Made by a program: the position numbers and the translations under genes. The notes below the pieces were generated by a model. That model did not search any database. It had not been told where the DNA came from and saw only the letters and a program-made list of their open reading frames with translations. DNA of 64,000 nt, taken from the NCBI GenBank assembly GCA_014382585.1, contig JACNJL010000058.1, positions 27,364-91,363 of the forward strand, in the 5' to 3' direction. Positions 56,394-64,000 of the stretch are shown here, piece after piece (position 1 is the first letter of the stretch; each line of letters starts with the position of its first letter). This DNA comes from Limisphaerales bacterium. GTDB lineage: Bacteria > Verrucomicrobiota > Verrucomicrobiia > Limisphaerales > UBA1100.

Positions 56394-57481
56394 TTGTTCT
56401 CGTCACTCGGCGCTGGCACAACTGGCGCTGCCGGTGCGGCCCCGGGGGTAGCAGGAGTTTCCGGTACTTCCGGTACTTCTGGTGTTTCCTCTGGGGTAAC
56501 CGTGGTGGGTTCGGGTTGTTTCACTGGTTCCGGTTTCACGAGTTTACCATTAATGTAGAGGTCGCCATCGGTCAGCTCGTAATGAATTTTTTTGGTGTCT
56601 GCGGGCTCGGCCTTTTTGGCTGCGGCCAATTGGGCCGCTTTGCGGGGATCATAGGTGCTGCGCGCGGCGTGCTTGCCGCCGTTGGGGCCCATGCCCAGCT
56701 CACGCCAACGACGACGGCGAGTTTCGGCGATGCGCTCCTTCATTGTTTTCAATTGCTTGACCAAAAAATCAACGTCGTTCATGCGCTCAACCAGTTTGGC
56801 TTTTTCGCCCTCTAAGCGATTCAGCTCACGCAACAGAAAAACCCGATCGCCCTCGGCAGATTCCAGCTTGGTGGTGGTTTCGGTGATCTGATTGTTTAAT
56901 CCGGTGATCTGCGATTGTAGCGCGCCTTTTTGCACGTTAAAATCATCCATCTTGGCGGTCAACTCGGTGACCTTCGCCGTGGCAGTTTCCGCAGCTGTTT
57001 TCACCTCTTCCAATGCGGTGGCGGTGGTCGCCAGTTCGGCAGTTTTAGTAACCAATTCGGCAGCTTTGGAGTCCAATTGGGTTTTCGTGGTCAGCAGCAT
57101 TTCCTCCACCAAACCGATCTCGGTGCTGTGCTTGAGCTGCAGGCCATCACGTTCCTGTTTAAGGGCGGTGTTCTCCGTTTCTAAAGTGGTCTTAGTGGTT
57201 GCCAAATCTGTCTTGGCGATTTCCAAGTCCACCTTCTCCTGCTTCACAGTGGTTAACTCCTGAGACGTGGTGTCGAGCACTCCTTTGAGGTTAACCACGT
57301 TCTCCTTTGTCTCCGTGAGTTCCGCGCGAGTGGCATCGCGTTCGGCCTTTACTTTCTGGAATTCCTTATCGCGAGCGCCAAGCTTGCCGTCAAGGTTGTT
57401 GTAGTTAACGGCTGAAAAGATGCCGAGGCCCGTCGTGATTGCCACCAGCACTACGATGGCGATTGTCTTTGTGTCCTTCAT
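56390..57481 (-). CDS. membrane-anchored coiled-coil protein (hypothetical)
   Basis: N-terminal TM segment (IAIVVLVAITTGLGIFSAV), about 230 aa of Thr/Glu/Lys/Leu-rich heptad-like sequence, and a Pro-rich tail (PEETPEVPEVPETPATP). Confidence 0.7.
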   Translation of the reverse strand: MKDTKTIAIVVLVAITTGLGIFSAVNYNNLDGKLGARDKEFQKVKAERDATRAELTETKENVVNLKGVLDTTSQELTTVKQEKVDLEIAKTDLATTKTTLETENTALKQERDGLQLKHSTEIGLVEEMLLTTKTQLDSKAAELVTKTAELATTATALEEVKTAAETATAKVTELTAKMDDFNVQKGALQSQITGLNNQITETTTKLESAEGDRVFLLRELNRLEGEKAKLVERMNDVDFLVKQLKTMKERIAETRRRRWRELGMGPNGGKHAARSTYDPRKAAQLAAAKKAEPADTKKIHYELTDGDLYINGKLVKPEPVKQPEPTTVTPEETPEVPEVPETPATPGAAPAAPVVPAPSDENK

Positions 57482-57606
57482 GGTGGGCAGAGTGTGGGAG
57501 CGGTTTTGCCATGTGACAAGTGGGAGTCATTAAAAAGTGTTAACAGGATATGCCGCAGTTGTGAACAGTTACAACCCGCGCATGACACTGCTTTTTGAAT
57601 TTTTTG

Positions 57607-58098
57607 ATGGCCCCGCCGAGCGTCTGGCCGCAGGATACACGCATGGACAGCATGGATATCCCCCCACAACGCGGGCCCGAAACGGCCGACGAAATTGGCG
57701 CCGCCATTTTTATGGAATGCCTGATGAATCTGGTGCAATCCGCCGCGTATTTACTCGGCAAGGTTAAGGCTCCGGCTACCGGCGAACCGGTGATGGATTT
57801 GCCGCGAGTACAGTTAGTGATTCAGCAATTGGAATTGCTGGAAAAAAACGCCGAGAAATTAAGCATCGAAGAACAACAACTCGTAAAGCGCAGCCTGCAG
57901 GATTTGCGGATGGCTTATGTATCGGCTGCAGGCAAAACGCCTGAAGAAGCCATCGAGGAAGAGTCCGCGCCCGAAGACAAACCTGAAACCAAGCCCGAAG
58001 CGGATGCTGATGGCGATGTCGCGCCTGATGCTGATGCTGATGAAACCGCCGAGGAAGATGAAGGCGACCGCAAGCGGTTTGTAAAAAAATATTCCTAG
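57607..58098 (+). CDS. DUF1844 domain protein
   Basis: Block IFMECLMNLVQSAAYLLG...LPRVQLVIQQLELLEKNAEKLSIEEQQLVKRSLQDLRMAYV matches the DUF1844 pattern. Acidic tail. The start is uncertain (TTG 57595, ATG 57607/57643/57652). Confidence 0.6.
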   Translation: MAPPSVWPQDTRMDSMDIPPQRGPETADEIGAAIFMECLMNLVQSAAYLLGKVKAPATGEPVMDLPRVQLVIQQLELLEKNAEKLSIEEQQLVKRSLQDLRMAYVSAAGKTPEEAIEEESAPEDKPETKPEADADGDVAPDADADETAEEDEGDRKRFVKKYS

Positions 58099-59081
58099 TC
58101 AGCCAGTAAGATTCGCACGCCACTCTCTTTTTTCAACCGCTTAAAATATTCTGGCAACGCCTTGCCGAAGGATTCGGCTTGGAGGTATTCCCGGATTTCG
58201 TTACGCACCTCGGCAAACGGTTTTTTACGCGCCGCTTTATATTCAAGCATTTTCACAATGTGAAAGCCCTGCTTGGATTCCACCGGCGGACAAATAGTGT
58301 TTACTTTCAATGCCATCACCACTTTTTCCACCTTGGGTTCCGCCTGCCCGGCCACCAATATCAACTCCCCATCCAGTTGCTTGGTAACGGGGTTCTCAGA
58401 AAATTCTTTTACCAGTTGCTTGAATTCGATGCCCGCTTTCGCCTGGGCAAATACTTTGGCAGCAACAGCCTGTTTACCGGCGCGTGCATCAGGGTTTAAC
58501 CGGAGATTGGTGGCCGGATCCACCAGTGAAATAAATACTTCGGCCACTTTCGCCTGTTCGGGCACATTCCATTGGCCCTTCGCATTGTATTCGTTGTAAA
58601 ATTTGAGCAAGTCACTCTCTTTTGCCTGCACTTTGGATTGCAGCTCGCGCCGCGCCACGGTGTCAGCCAGCAATTCCACGCGCAATAATTTTTGGAAACC
58701 TGCCAGACTCATGCCGGTCGATTCCAAGTAAAGCCGGAAGGCGTCATCCGTGAGAAACGAGTCTTTCAATTCTTTAAATTTCTTCCCGGCATCCGCCTCA
58801 GCTTTGGTGCGATCTCCCGCTTGTGCGCGACGGCCCAGCAGGCGGTGAATGATCAAATCCTCCAACAACCGCTTTTGAATTTCTTTTTCTGCAAGGGGCG
58901 AAACATTCACGCCCAAAGTAGCTTGCGTCATCACGTAACGTCGATAGGCAGCATCCAATTCTGATTCGTGTACAGTCAAGCCCACGCCCGTGGCCACGAT
59001 TCGCCCGGTGGGCAACGCCGCTAATAAACCCATGCCGAGCAACAGGCCGATCGCCAAAAATTTTCTGTGCCAATGCTTCAT
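58095..59081 (-). CDS. SurA/PpiD-like peptidyl-prolyl cis-trans isomerase (parvulin type)
   Basis: Signal/anchor peptide, SurA-N-like helical chaperone region, and a parvulin core ending in GFHIVKMLEYK. Confidence 0.8.
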   Translation of the reverse strand: MKHWHRKFLAIGLLLGMGLLAALPTGRIVATGVGLTVHESELDAAYRRYVMTQATLGVNVSPLAEKEIQKRLLEDLIIHRLLGRRAQAGDRTKAEADAGKKFKELKDSFLTDDAFRLYLESTGMSLAGFQKLLRVELLADTVARRELQSKVQAKESDLLKFYNEYNAKGQWNVPEQAKVAEVFISLVDPATNLRLNPDARAGKQAVAAKVFAQAKAGIEFKQLVKEFSENPVTKQLDGELILVAGQAEPKVEKVVMALKVNTICPPVESKQGFHIVKMLEYKAARKKPFAEVRNEIREYLQAESFGKALPEYFKRLKKESGVRILLAD

Positions 59082-59091
59082 AATATCTCCT

Positions 59092-60663
59092 TTATAGGAT
59101 CACCACTTTCGCGTTTGAGATGTCTGGGTCTTCCGCTACTTTTTCCATCAACGCCGCGGGCGGCGCGTGATCAAGGTTTAACAGCGTCAACGCTTCGCCA
59201 CCCGCTTCGTCGCGGTTTAGGCTCATGCTCGCGATGTTCACCTCGTGCTCGGCCATCAGTGAGCCAATATACCCCACCATGCCCGGTTTGTCTTTATTAT
59301 TCATAATGAAAAGCACGCCCTCGGGCACACACTCCACATTGCGCCCGTTGAGCCGGACGATGCGGGGTTGGCTGCCAAAAAATGTGCCGCCCGCAGAAAC
59401 CTTGGCATCGCCCGCGCACGCCTCAAAATGCATCCATTCGGCATAATCCGGCCCCTCGTGTGATTTAATTTCCTCCACTTGAATCCCCAGCGAACTGGCC
59501 AGCGAACGCACGTTCACTTGGTTGACCTCCGCGCCGCCGGCTTGTTCAAGAAAGCCCTTGAGCACGCAACGCGTAATGGGATCGGCCGGTACTTCGGCTG
59601 CTTTGCCGCCGTAAGTGATTTTCACATGGTCGTTGCGTTGGGGCGCGAGTTGGGCGACGAGGCGGCCCAATTTTTCGCCCAGCAAAATATATGGCTTCAC
59701 GGCCTCGTAAGTTTTCGCATCGAGGCTGGGCATATTCACCGCGTTGCGAACGGTGCCGGTAACGAGGTAATCGATGATCGCCTCGGCCACTTCGATGCCC
59801 ACGCTTTCCTGCGCTTCCTTCGTGCTGGCGCCAAGGTGGGGCGTCATCACGATCTCCGGCAAACTGCGTAACGGCGAGTCTTCCGGGCACGGTTCCGTTT
59901 CGTAAACATCCATCGCCGCGCCGGCCACTTTGCCGCTTTGCACCGCGGCCACAAGATCAGTTTCATTGATGATGCCACCGCGCGCGCAGTTAATGAGATA
60001 CACGCCGTCTTTCATTCCCGCGAGGGATTCGGTGTTGATCATGTCCCGCGTTTGGTCGGTGAGCGGCATGTGCACGGTGATAAAATCCGACCGCGCGAAA
60101 AGCTCTTCCTGCTCCAGCAATTCCACCTGCAATTCGCGGGCTTTGCTCAGCGAAAGAAACGGATCGTACGCCAGCACGCGCATCCCGAAAGCAATCGCTC
60201 GCCGCGCCACTTGCGCGCCGATGCGGCCCATCCCGCAAATGCCCAGCACCTTGCCGCTGAGTTCCGTGCCGCCAAACGCTTTGCGATTCCATTCACCGCC
60301 TTTCATCGACATATGCGCCTGCGGAATTTTCCGCGCCAATGCCATCATCATCGAAAAAGTCAGCTCCGCAGTCGAGATGGTGTTGCCACTTGGCGTGTTC
60401 ATCACCACGATGCCTTGGCTGGTGGCGTGATCCACATCCACATTATCCACGCCCACCCCGGCGCGACCCACCACGCGCAGCTTCGGCGCTTTGGCCATCA
60501 CTTCGGGCGTCACTTTGGTAGCCGACCGCACGATGATCGCCTCGGCTTCCGCCAGCAATTCATCGGTCAACCCGCCATCCACCACCACCACCTCCAGCTC
60601 CGGTGCGGCCTCAAGACAGGCCACGCCCTTTGGGGAAACATTATCGCAAACTAGTACTCGCAT
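59092..60663 (-). CDS. serA: D-3-phosphoglycerate dehydrogenase (type I, with ASB and ACT domains)
   Basis: GICGMGRIGAQVA NAD motif, the catalytic R/E/H pattern (CARGGI, TPHLGAST) and a C-terminal ACT domain. 523 aa. Confidence 0.93.
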   Translation of the reverse strand: MRVLVCDNVSPKGVACLEAAPELEVVVVDGGLTDELLAEAEAIIVRSATKVTPEVMAKAPKLRVVGRAGVGVDNVDVDHATSQGIVVMNTPSGNTISTAELTFSMMMALARKIPQAHMSMKGGEWNRKAFGGTELSGKVLGICGMGRIGAQVARRAIAFGMRVLAYDPFLSLSKARELQVELLEQEELFARSDFITVHMPLTDQTRDMINTESLAGMKDGVYLINCARGGIINETDLVAAVQSGKVAGAAMDVYETEPCPEDSPLRSLPEIVMTPHLGASTKEAQESVGIEVAEAIIDYLVTGTVRNAVNMPSLDAKTYEAVKPYILLGEKLGRLVAQLAPQRNDHVKITYGGKAAEVPADPITRCVLKGFLEQAGGAEVNQVNVRSLASSLGIQVEEIKSHEGPDYAEWMHFEACAGDAKVSAGGTFFGSQPRIVRLNGRNVECVPEGVLFIMNNKDKPGMVGYIGSLMAEHEVNIASMSLNRDEAGGEALTLLNLDHAPPAALMEKVAEDPDISNAKVVIL

Positions 60664-60675
60664 TGGCGGCGGAGT

Positions 60676-61239
60676 CTACGGACGACCCGCGGGAGTGTCA
60701 AACCACGCTGCCAATTCAGTGCCCAATCGCTCTACCGGCAGCCCGACCACGTTGGTGAATGAGCCGTGCAGCCCCTCCACAATCCACTCGCCTTTGAGTT
60801 GCACCGCATACGCGCCCGCTTTGTCGAGCACCGGCACAGCGCGCAGATAGGCGTTGATTTGTTTGAGCGACAATTCGCGAAACGTCACACGTGTGGTCAC
60901 AGAAAATACTTTCTGACGCGCCCCGCACACCAACGCGCAGGCGGTCGTCACCTGATGCGTCCGCCCACTCAATCGCCCAAGCATCCGCCGCGCCTGTGCG
61001 AGGCTCTTGGGTTTACCAAGCAACTCATCGCCCAAATGAACCAGTGTATCCGCGCCGAGCACAGTTTGCGTTGGGAACTGTTGGGCCACCACCGTTGCCT
61101 TGGCCAAAGCATTGCGTTTGCAAATAGCCCGCGCCGCGCGGCCATCGCCGTGTTTCTCAGCCACCTCCGCCGTCGCCACCCGAAAGCGCACACCCATTTG
61201 CCGCAGCAATTCCTTTCGCCGCGGCGATTGCGATGCCAA
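60676..61239 (-). CDS. maf: Maf-like nucleoside triphosphate pyrophosphatase
   Basis: LASQSPRRKELL N-terminus, GADT, and AGAYAVQ motifs. Confidence 0.9.
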   Translation of the reverse strand: MASQSPRRKELLRQMGVRFRVATAEVAEKHGDGRAARAICKRNALAKATVVAQQFPTQTVLGADTLVHLGDELLGKPKSLAQARRMLGRLSGRTHQVTTACALVCGARQKVFSVTTRVTFRELSLKQINAYLRAVPVLDKAGAYAVQLKGEWIVEGLHGSFTNVVGLPVERLGTELAAWFDTPAGRP

Positions 61240-61247
61240 AATAATTT

Positions 61248-61808
61248 TCAGCTCAATGCCTCCCGAAACTTTCTAAGTTTCATTTCAAAATCCGCATCGG
61301 CCAAAACCGGCTCCATTCCCTCAAACTCCATCGGCGGCTCCAGCTCTACCCACGATTTACAGCCGCCGTAACTGGCAAGCATCGGCAACTCCACCGGCTT
61401 CGCCAAGCGCCGCACGCGAACGGCCATTGCATAAATCCCCGCATCGCGCCCCCAATCAAACCGCTCCGCAATAATTTCCTCACGCCAAATGTGTTGCCCT
61501 GCCAGCCGCTGCGCCTGCGCGAGCGAATCCAACCGGCGCGCCTCCATCACTTCCGCGCCGAACTCAACCCGCAACAAATCATCCGGCGGCCACACAAAAT
61601 TCTCAAACCCCGCCCGCGCTTCCTCCACCACGCCCTCGGTCTGTTGATGAAACCGCGTGGGAAAAAGCCAGAATCGTTCCTGCTCCACCCGAAACCCTCC
61701 CTGCCCTTCGGCAATCCCGCCTTTGCGCAAAATCACAATCTGCCCCCCACGCCCCAGCGCCTCAACCACCACCGCCCATTCTTTAAAAGCAATTTGCATG
61801 GCACTCAC
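61248..61808 (-). CDS. DUF1802 family protein
   Basis: N-terminal IAFKEWAVVVEALGRGGQIVILRKGGIAE...FWLFPT block recalled as the DUF1802 signature. Confidence 0.55.
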   Translation of the reverse strand: MSAMQIAFKEWAVVVEALGRGGQIVILRKGGIAEGQGGFRVEQERFWLFPTRFHQQTEGVVEEARAGFENFVWPPDDLLRVEFGAEVMEARRLDSLAQAQRLAGQHIWREEIIAERFDWGRDAGIYAMAVRVRRLAKPVELPMLASYGGCKSWVELEPPMEFEGMEPVLADADFEMKLRKFREALS

Positions 61809-61891
61809 GGGCGCAGTGTATTTACCCGCGCGCCTTTGTCGAGCCCGTCAAACTTGCTTTTGAGGTGCCAATTGCCTAGTGTCCCGCCAGT

Positions 61892-63616
61892 ATGAATCTA
61901 ACCGTACGCCTTCAACTCTCCGTCATGATGTTCCTCCAATTCTTTATTTGGGGGGCTTGGTATGTCACCGCGCCGAACTACCTCGGCACACTCGGCTTTG
62001 GCGCTGCGGATTTCGGCTGGACCTATTCCGTCGGCCCCATTGCCGGCATGATTACCCCCTTCTTCGTGGGCATGGTGGCCGACCGATTTTTCTCGGCACA
62101 AAAAGTCCTCGGCGTGCTGCATCTCTTCGGCGCGGGCCTCATGCTTTTGGCTGCGCAGAAAATGACCAGCGGCGCCGAGCCCACTCAGATCAACTGGATT
62201 TTCTTCGGCTACATGCTCACCTATTTCCCAACCCTCGCCCTCACCAACACGCTGGCGATGAAAAATATGAGCAACCCCGAAAAGGATTTCCCCGGCATTC
62301 GCGTCCTCGGCACCATCGGCTGGATCGCCGCCGGTCTAGCCGTTTCGTGGTTGGGCTACGAAAAAGGCGTCAACATGTTTTACCTCACCGCCGGCGCCGC
62401 AGCCGCGCTGGGCATCTTCAGCTTTGCTCTGCCGGATACCCCGCCCGCAAGCGGAGGCAAAGTCACCGCCCGCCAAATCATGGGGCTCGATGCGCTGGTG
62501 CTCTTGAAAAACCGCTCCTTCCTCCTGTTCATCCTCGCCTCCACGCTCATCTGCATTCCGCTTTCATTCTACTATATGATCGCCAGCCGTGTGGTGGAAA
62601 TGGGCGAATTACCCATCGGCCAAACCATGAGCTACGGCCAAATGTCAGAAATCTTTTTCATGATCGTGATGCCCTTCTTCTTCATGCGACTCGGCGTGAA
62701 ATGGATGCTCGCCGTCGGCATGCTCGCGTGGGTGGCCCGTTACGCCCTCTTTGCCATCGGCGCGCCCGATGAAGTCCGCTGGATGATTATCACCGGCATT
62801 GTGCTGCACGGCATTTGTTACGATTTCTTCTTCGTCACCGGCCAAATCTATACCGACAAAGCCGCCCCCAAACCCATTCGCGCCCAAGCCCAAGGCTTAC
62901 TCGTCTTCTTCACCCTTGGCCTGGGAATGTTCATCGGCGCCCAAGTCGCCGGCAAAATTGAAGGCCAACATACGCCCAATGCTGAAAAGCTGGCTGACAT
63001 GGCCACGGATGAAAATCAACACAAGCGATTGACCGCCGCCTTCGGCGAAGCGGACGCCAACGCGACCGTCGCCAATTGGGCGAAACGCGCCGAAGTAATG
63101 GCCGCCCAAGAGGTTGTGGATGAAGCCAAAAAAGCGCTTGCTGACGAGACTCCTGAAACGGGTAAAAATTTATCCGGCAAAGACAAAACACCGGAAATCA
63201 TTGCCCTCGAAAAGGCCGTTTCAGACGCCGAAAAAGCCCTCGCTGAAGTGGATGACCTCCCCGAATTGAAAGAGGAACAAACCGCGTTGAATTCAGAAAT
63301 GGCCATTCTTGATGCTCTGGATGACCCAGCCCTGGCCACAGTTGCTCTCGTTGAAGCCAACGGAAATTTCACCGACCTCACGGCTAAGGTTGATAAATTG
63401 AAATCCGGAAGGGATGACCAAAAAGAAACCGCCCAAGCAAAACTCGATCCCCTCAATAAACAAATCTCCTCGCGCCGCACCAGCGAACTCCGCGCCATGG
63501 AATGGAAATCGATTTGGGGTAAGCCGGCAATTTTCGCCGGAGTGGTGATGGTGCTATTCATCGTTTTCTTTCGGGACGACAAATCCACAGATAAAAAAGA
63601 ATCGGACGAAAATTAA
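61892..63616 (+). CDS. MFS transporter of the nucleoside:H+ symporter (NupG/YegT-like) family with a large insertion before TM12
   Basis: N-terminus [21 protein letters not shown], with 12 predicted TM segments. The last-helix lead-in [20 protein letters not shown] resembles NupG DWQTLWLIFAGYS. Confidence 0.78.
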   Translation: MNLTVRLQLSVMMFLQFFIWGAWYVTAPNYLGTLGFGAADFGWTYSVGPIAGMITPFFVGMVADRFFSAQKVLGVLHLFGAGLMLLAAQKMTSGAEPTQINWIFFGYMLTYFPTLALTNTLAMKNMSNPEKDFPGIRVLGTIGWIAAGLAVSWLGYEKGVNMFYLTAGAAAALGIFSFALPDTPPASGGKVTARQIMGLDALVLLKNRSFLLFILASTLICIPLSFYYMIASRVVEMGELPIGQTMSYGQMSEIFFMIVMPFFFMRLGVKWMLAVGMLAWVARYALFAIGAPDEVRWMIITGIVLHGICYDFFFVTGQIYTDKAAPKPIRAQAQGLLVFFTLGLGMFIGAQVAGKIEGQHTPNAEKLADMATDENQHKRLTAAFGEADANATVANWAKRAEVMAAQEVVDEAKKALADETPETGKNLSGKDKTPEIIALEKAVSDAEKALAEVDDLPELKEEQTALNSEMAILDALDDPALATVALVEANGNFTDLTAKVDKLKSGRDDQKETAQAKLDPLNKQISSRRTSELRAMEWKSIWGKPAIFAGVVMVLFIVFFRDDKSTDKKESDEN

Positions 63617-63657
63617 AAAAACACTTGCCTGATGGAAAAAGACCGGTATGTTCCCCG

Positions 63658-63734
<77 letters not shown>

Positions 63735-63742
63735 ATTTTAAC

Positions 63743-63766
63743 CCCGGTTTGCGCCGGTTTTTTTTT
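63743..63766 (+). terminator. weak hairpin plus T9 tract after the tRNA
   Basis: ccgg(t)...(g)ccgg 4-5 bp stem (63744-63757) followed by nine T (63758-63766). Confidence 0.35.
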
Positions 63767-63769
63767 GGG

Positions 63770-64000
63770 TCATAGTTCGCCCAACACTTCCGCCGCGTGC
63801 TCTTCCGGCTTCACTTTGGGCCAGATTTTTTGGATTTTGCCTTTGGGGTTGATGAGGAAAGTCACTCGGTAGATGCCGTCGTACTCGCGACCCATAAATT
63901 TTTTGCGACCCCAAACGCCGTAAGCGTTCACAATGGTTTTGTCTTCATCGGCAAGCAGCATGAAAGGGAGGCCGTATTTCGCCACGAATTTATCGTGCTT
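63770..64000 (-). CDS. bcp: thiol peroxidase / peroxiredoxin Bcp, 5' end beyond the window
   Basis: C-terminal part ...KHDKFVAKYGLPFMLLADEDKTIVNAYGVWGRKKFMGREYDGIYRVTFLINPKGKI is typical of Bcp. The frame is open to the window end. Confidence 0.85.
   Translation of the reverse strand, partial: KHDKFVAKYGLPFMLLADEDKTIVNAYGVWGRKKFMGREYDGIYRVTFLINPKGKIQKIWPKVKPEEHAAEVLGEL

Noticed and set aside
56394-56420. A Moco riboswitch upstream of moaA, or a SAM/THF riboswitch upstream of metF.
   Set aside because: The moaA start overlaps the preceding stop codon, and metF is 26 nt from moaA. There is no room for a structured leader.
58095-58098. Convergent DUF1844 and PPIase genes sharing overlapping stop codons (CTAG).
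   Set aside because: The overlap is real in the sequence but is a trivial 4-nt convergent overlap with no inferable function. I note it only for completeness.

Overview
This 64-kb chromosomal segment reads like a PVC-superphylum genome, most likely Verrucomicrobiota. Supporting signs are a prepilin-type H-X9-DG-like protein, two PSCyt/DUF1549/DUF1553 + DUF1501 gene pairs, PVC-type CxxCH proteins, an ECF sigma / Ser-Thr kinase pair and many twin-arginine signals. I call about 52 protein genes and one tRNA (initiator tRNA-fMet). I found no rRNA, CRISPR array, transposase or integrase. Housekeeping genes are cysS, tmk, rpsT, pckA, ispE, tatA-tatC, tolQ-tolR-tolA-tolB-pal-pal, glgB, coaE, metF, moaA, serA, maf and bcp. 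They are interleaved with five accessory glycan-utilisation blocks. (1) A sulfatase plus a CE1-like esterase. (2) A tightly overlapped four-gene operon that fits L-galactose -> L-galactonate -> D-tagaturonate -> D-fructuronate; its divergent GntR regulator is translationally coupled to a DUF1553/DUF1501 pair. (3) A GH33 sialidase co-transcribed with two unknown TAT-exported proteins. (4) An IlvD/Edd dehydratase-SDR-FAH sugar-acid block. (5) A block of FG-GAP protein, 1.7k-aa PSCyt-WD40-DUF1553 protein and DUF1501 protein. The observations I rate highest are these. An SD-led 21-codon uORF with an embedded GC hairpin abuts the start of a LamG-sensor Ser/Thr kinase downstream of an ECF sigma factor. 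A sharp low-GC islet covers two lipoproteins and only the extracytoplasmic half of that kinase. TatC carries a roughly 175-aa His/Asp/Glu-rich N-terminal extension and an enlarged periplasmic loop. A nucleoside-type MFS transporter has a roughly 180-aa helical insertion in its last periplasmic loop. A 3' relic of a paralogous gene lies behind the sialidase. Palindromic intergenic repeat elements generate spurious ORFs. All domain and family calls come from motif recognition by eye; no database search, HMM scan or folding program was run.
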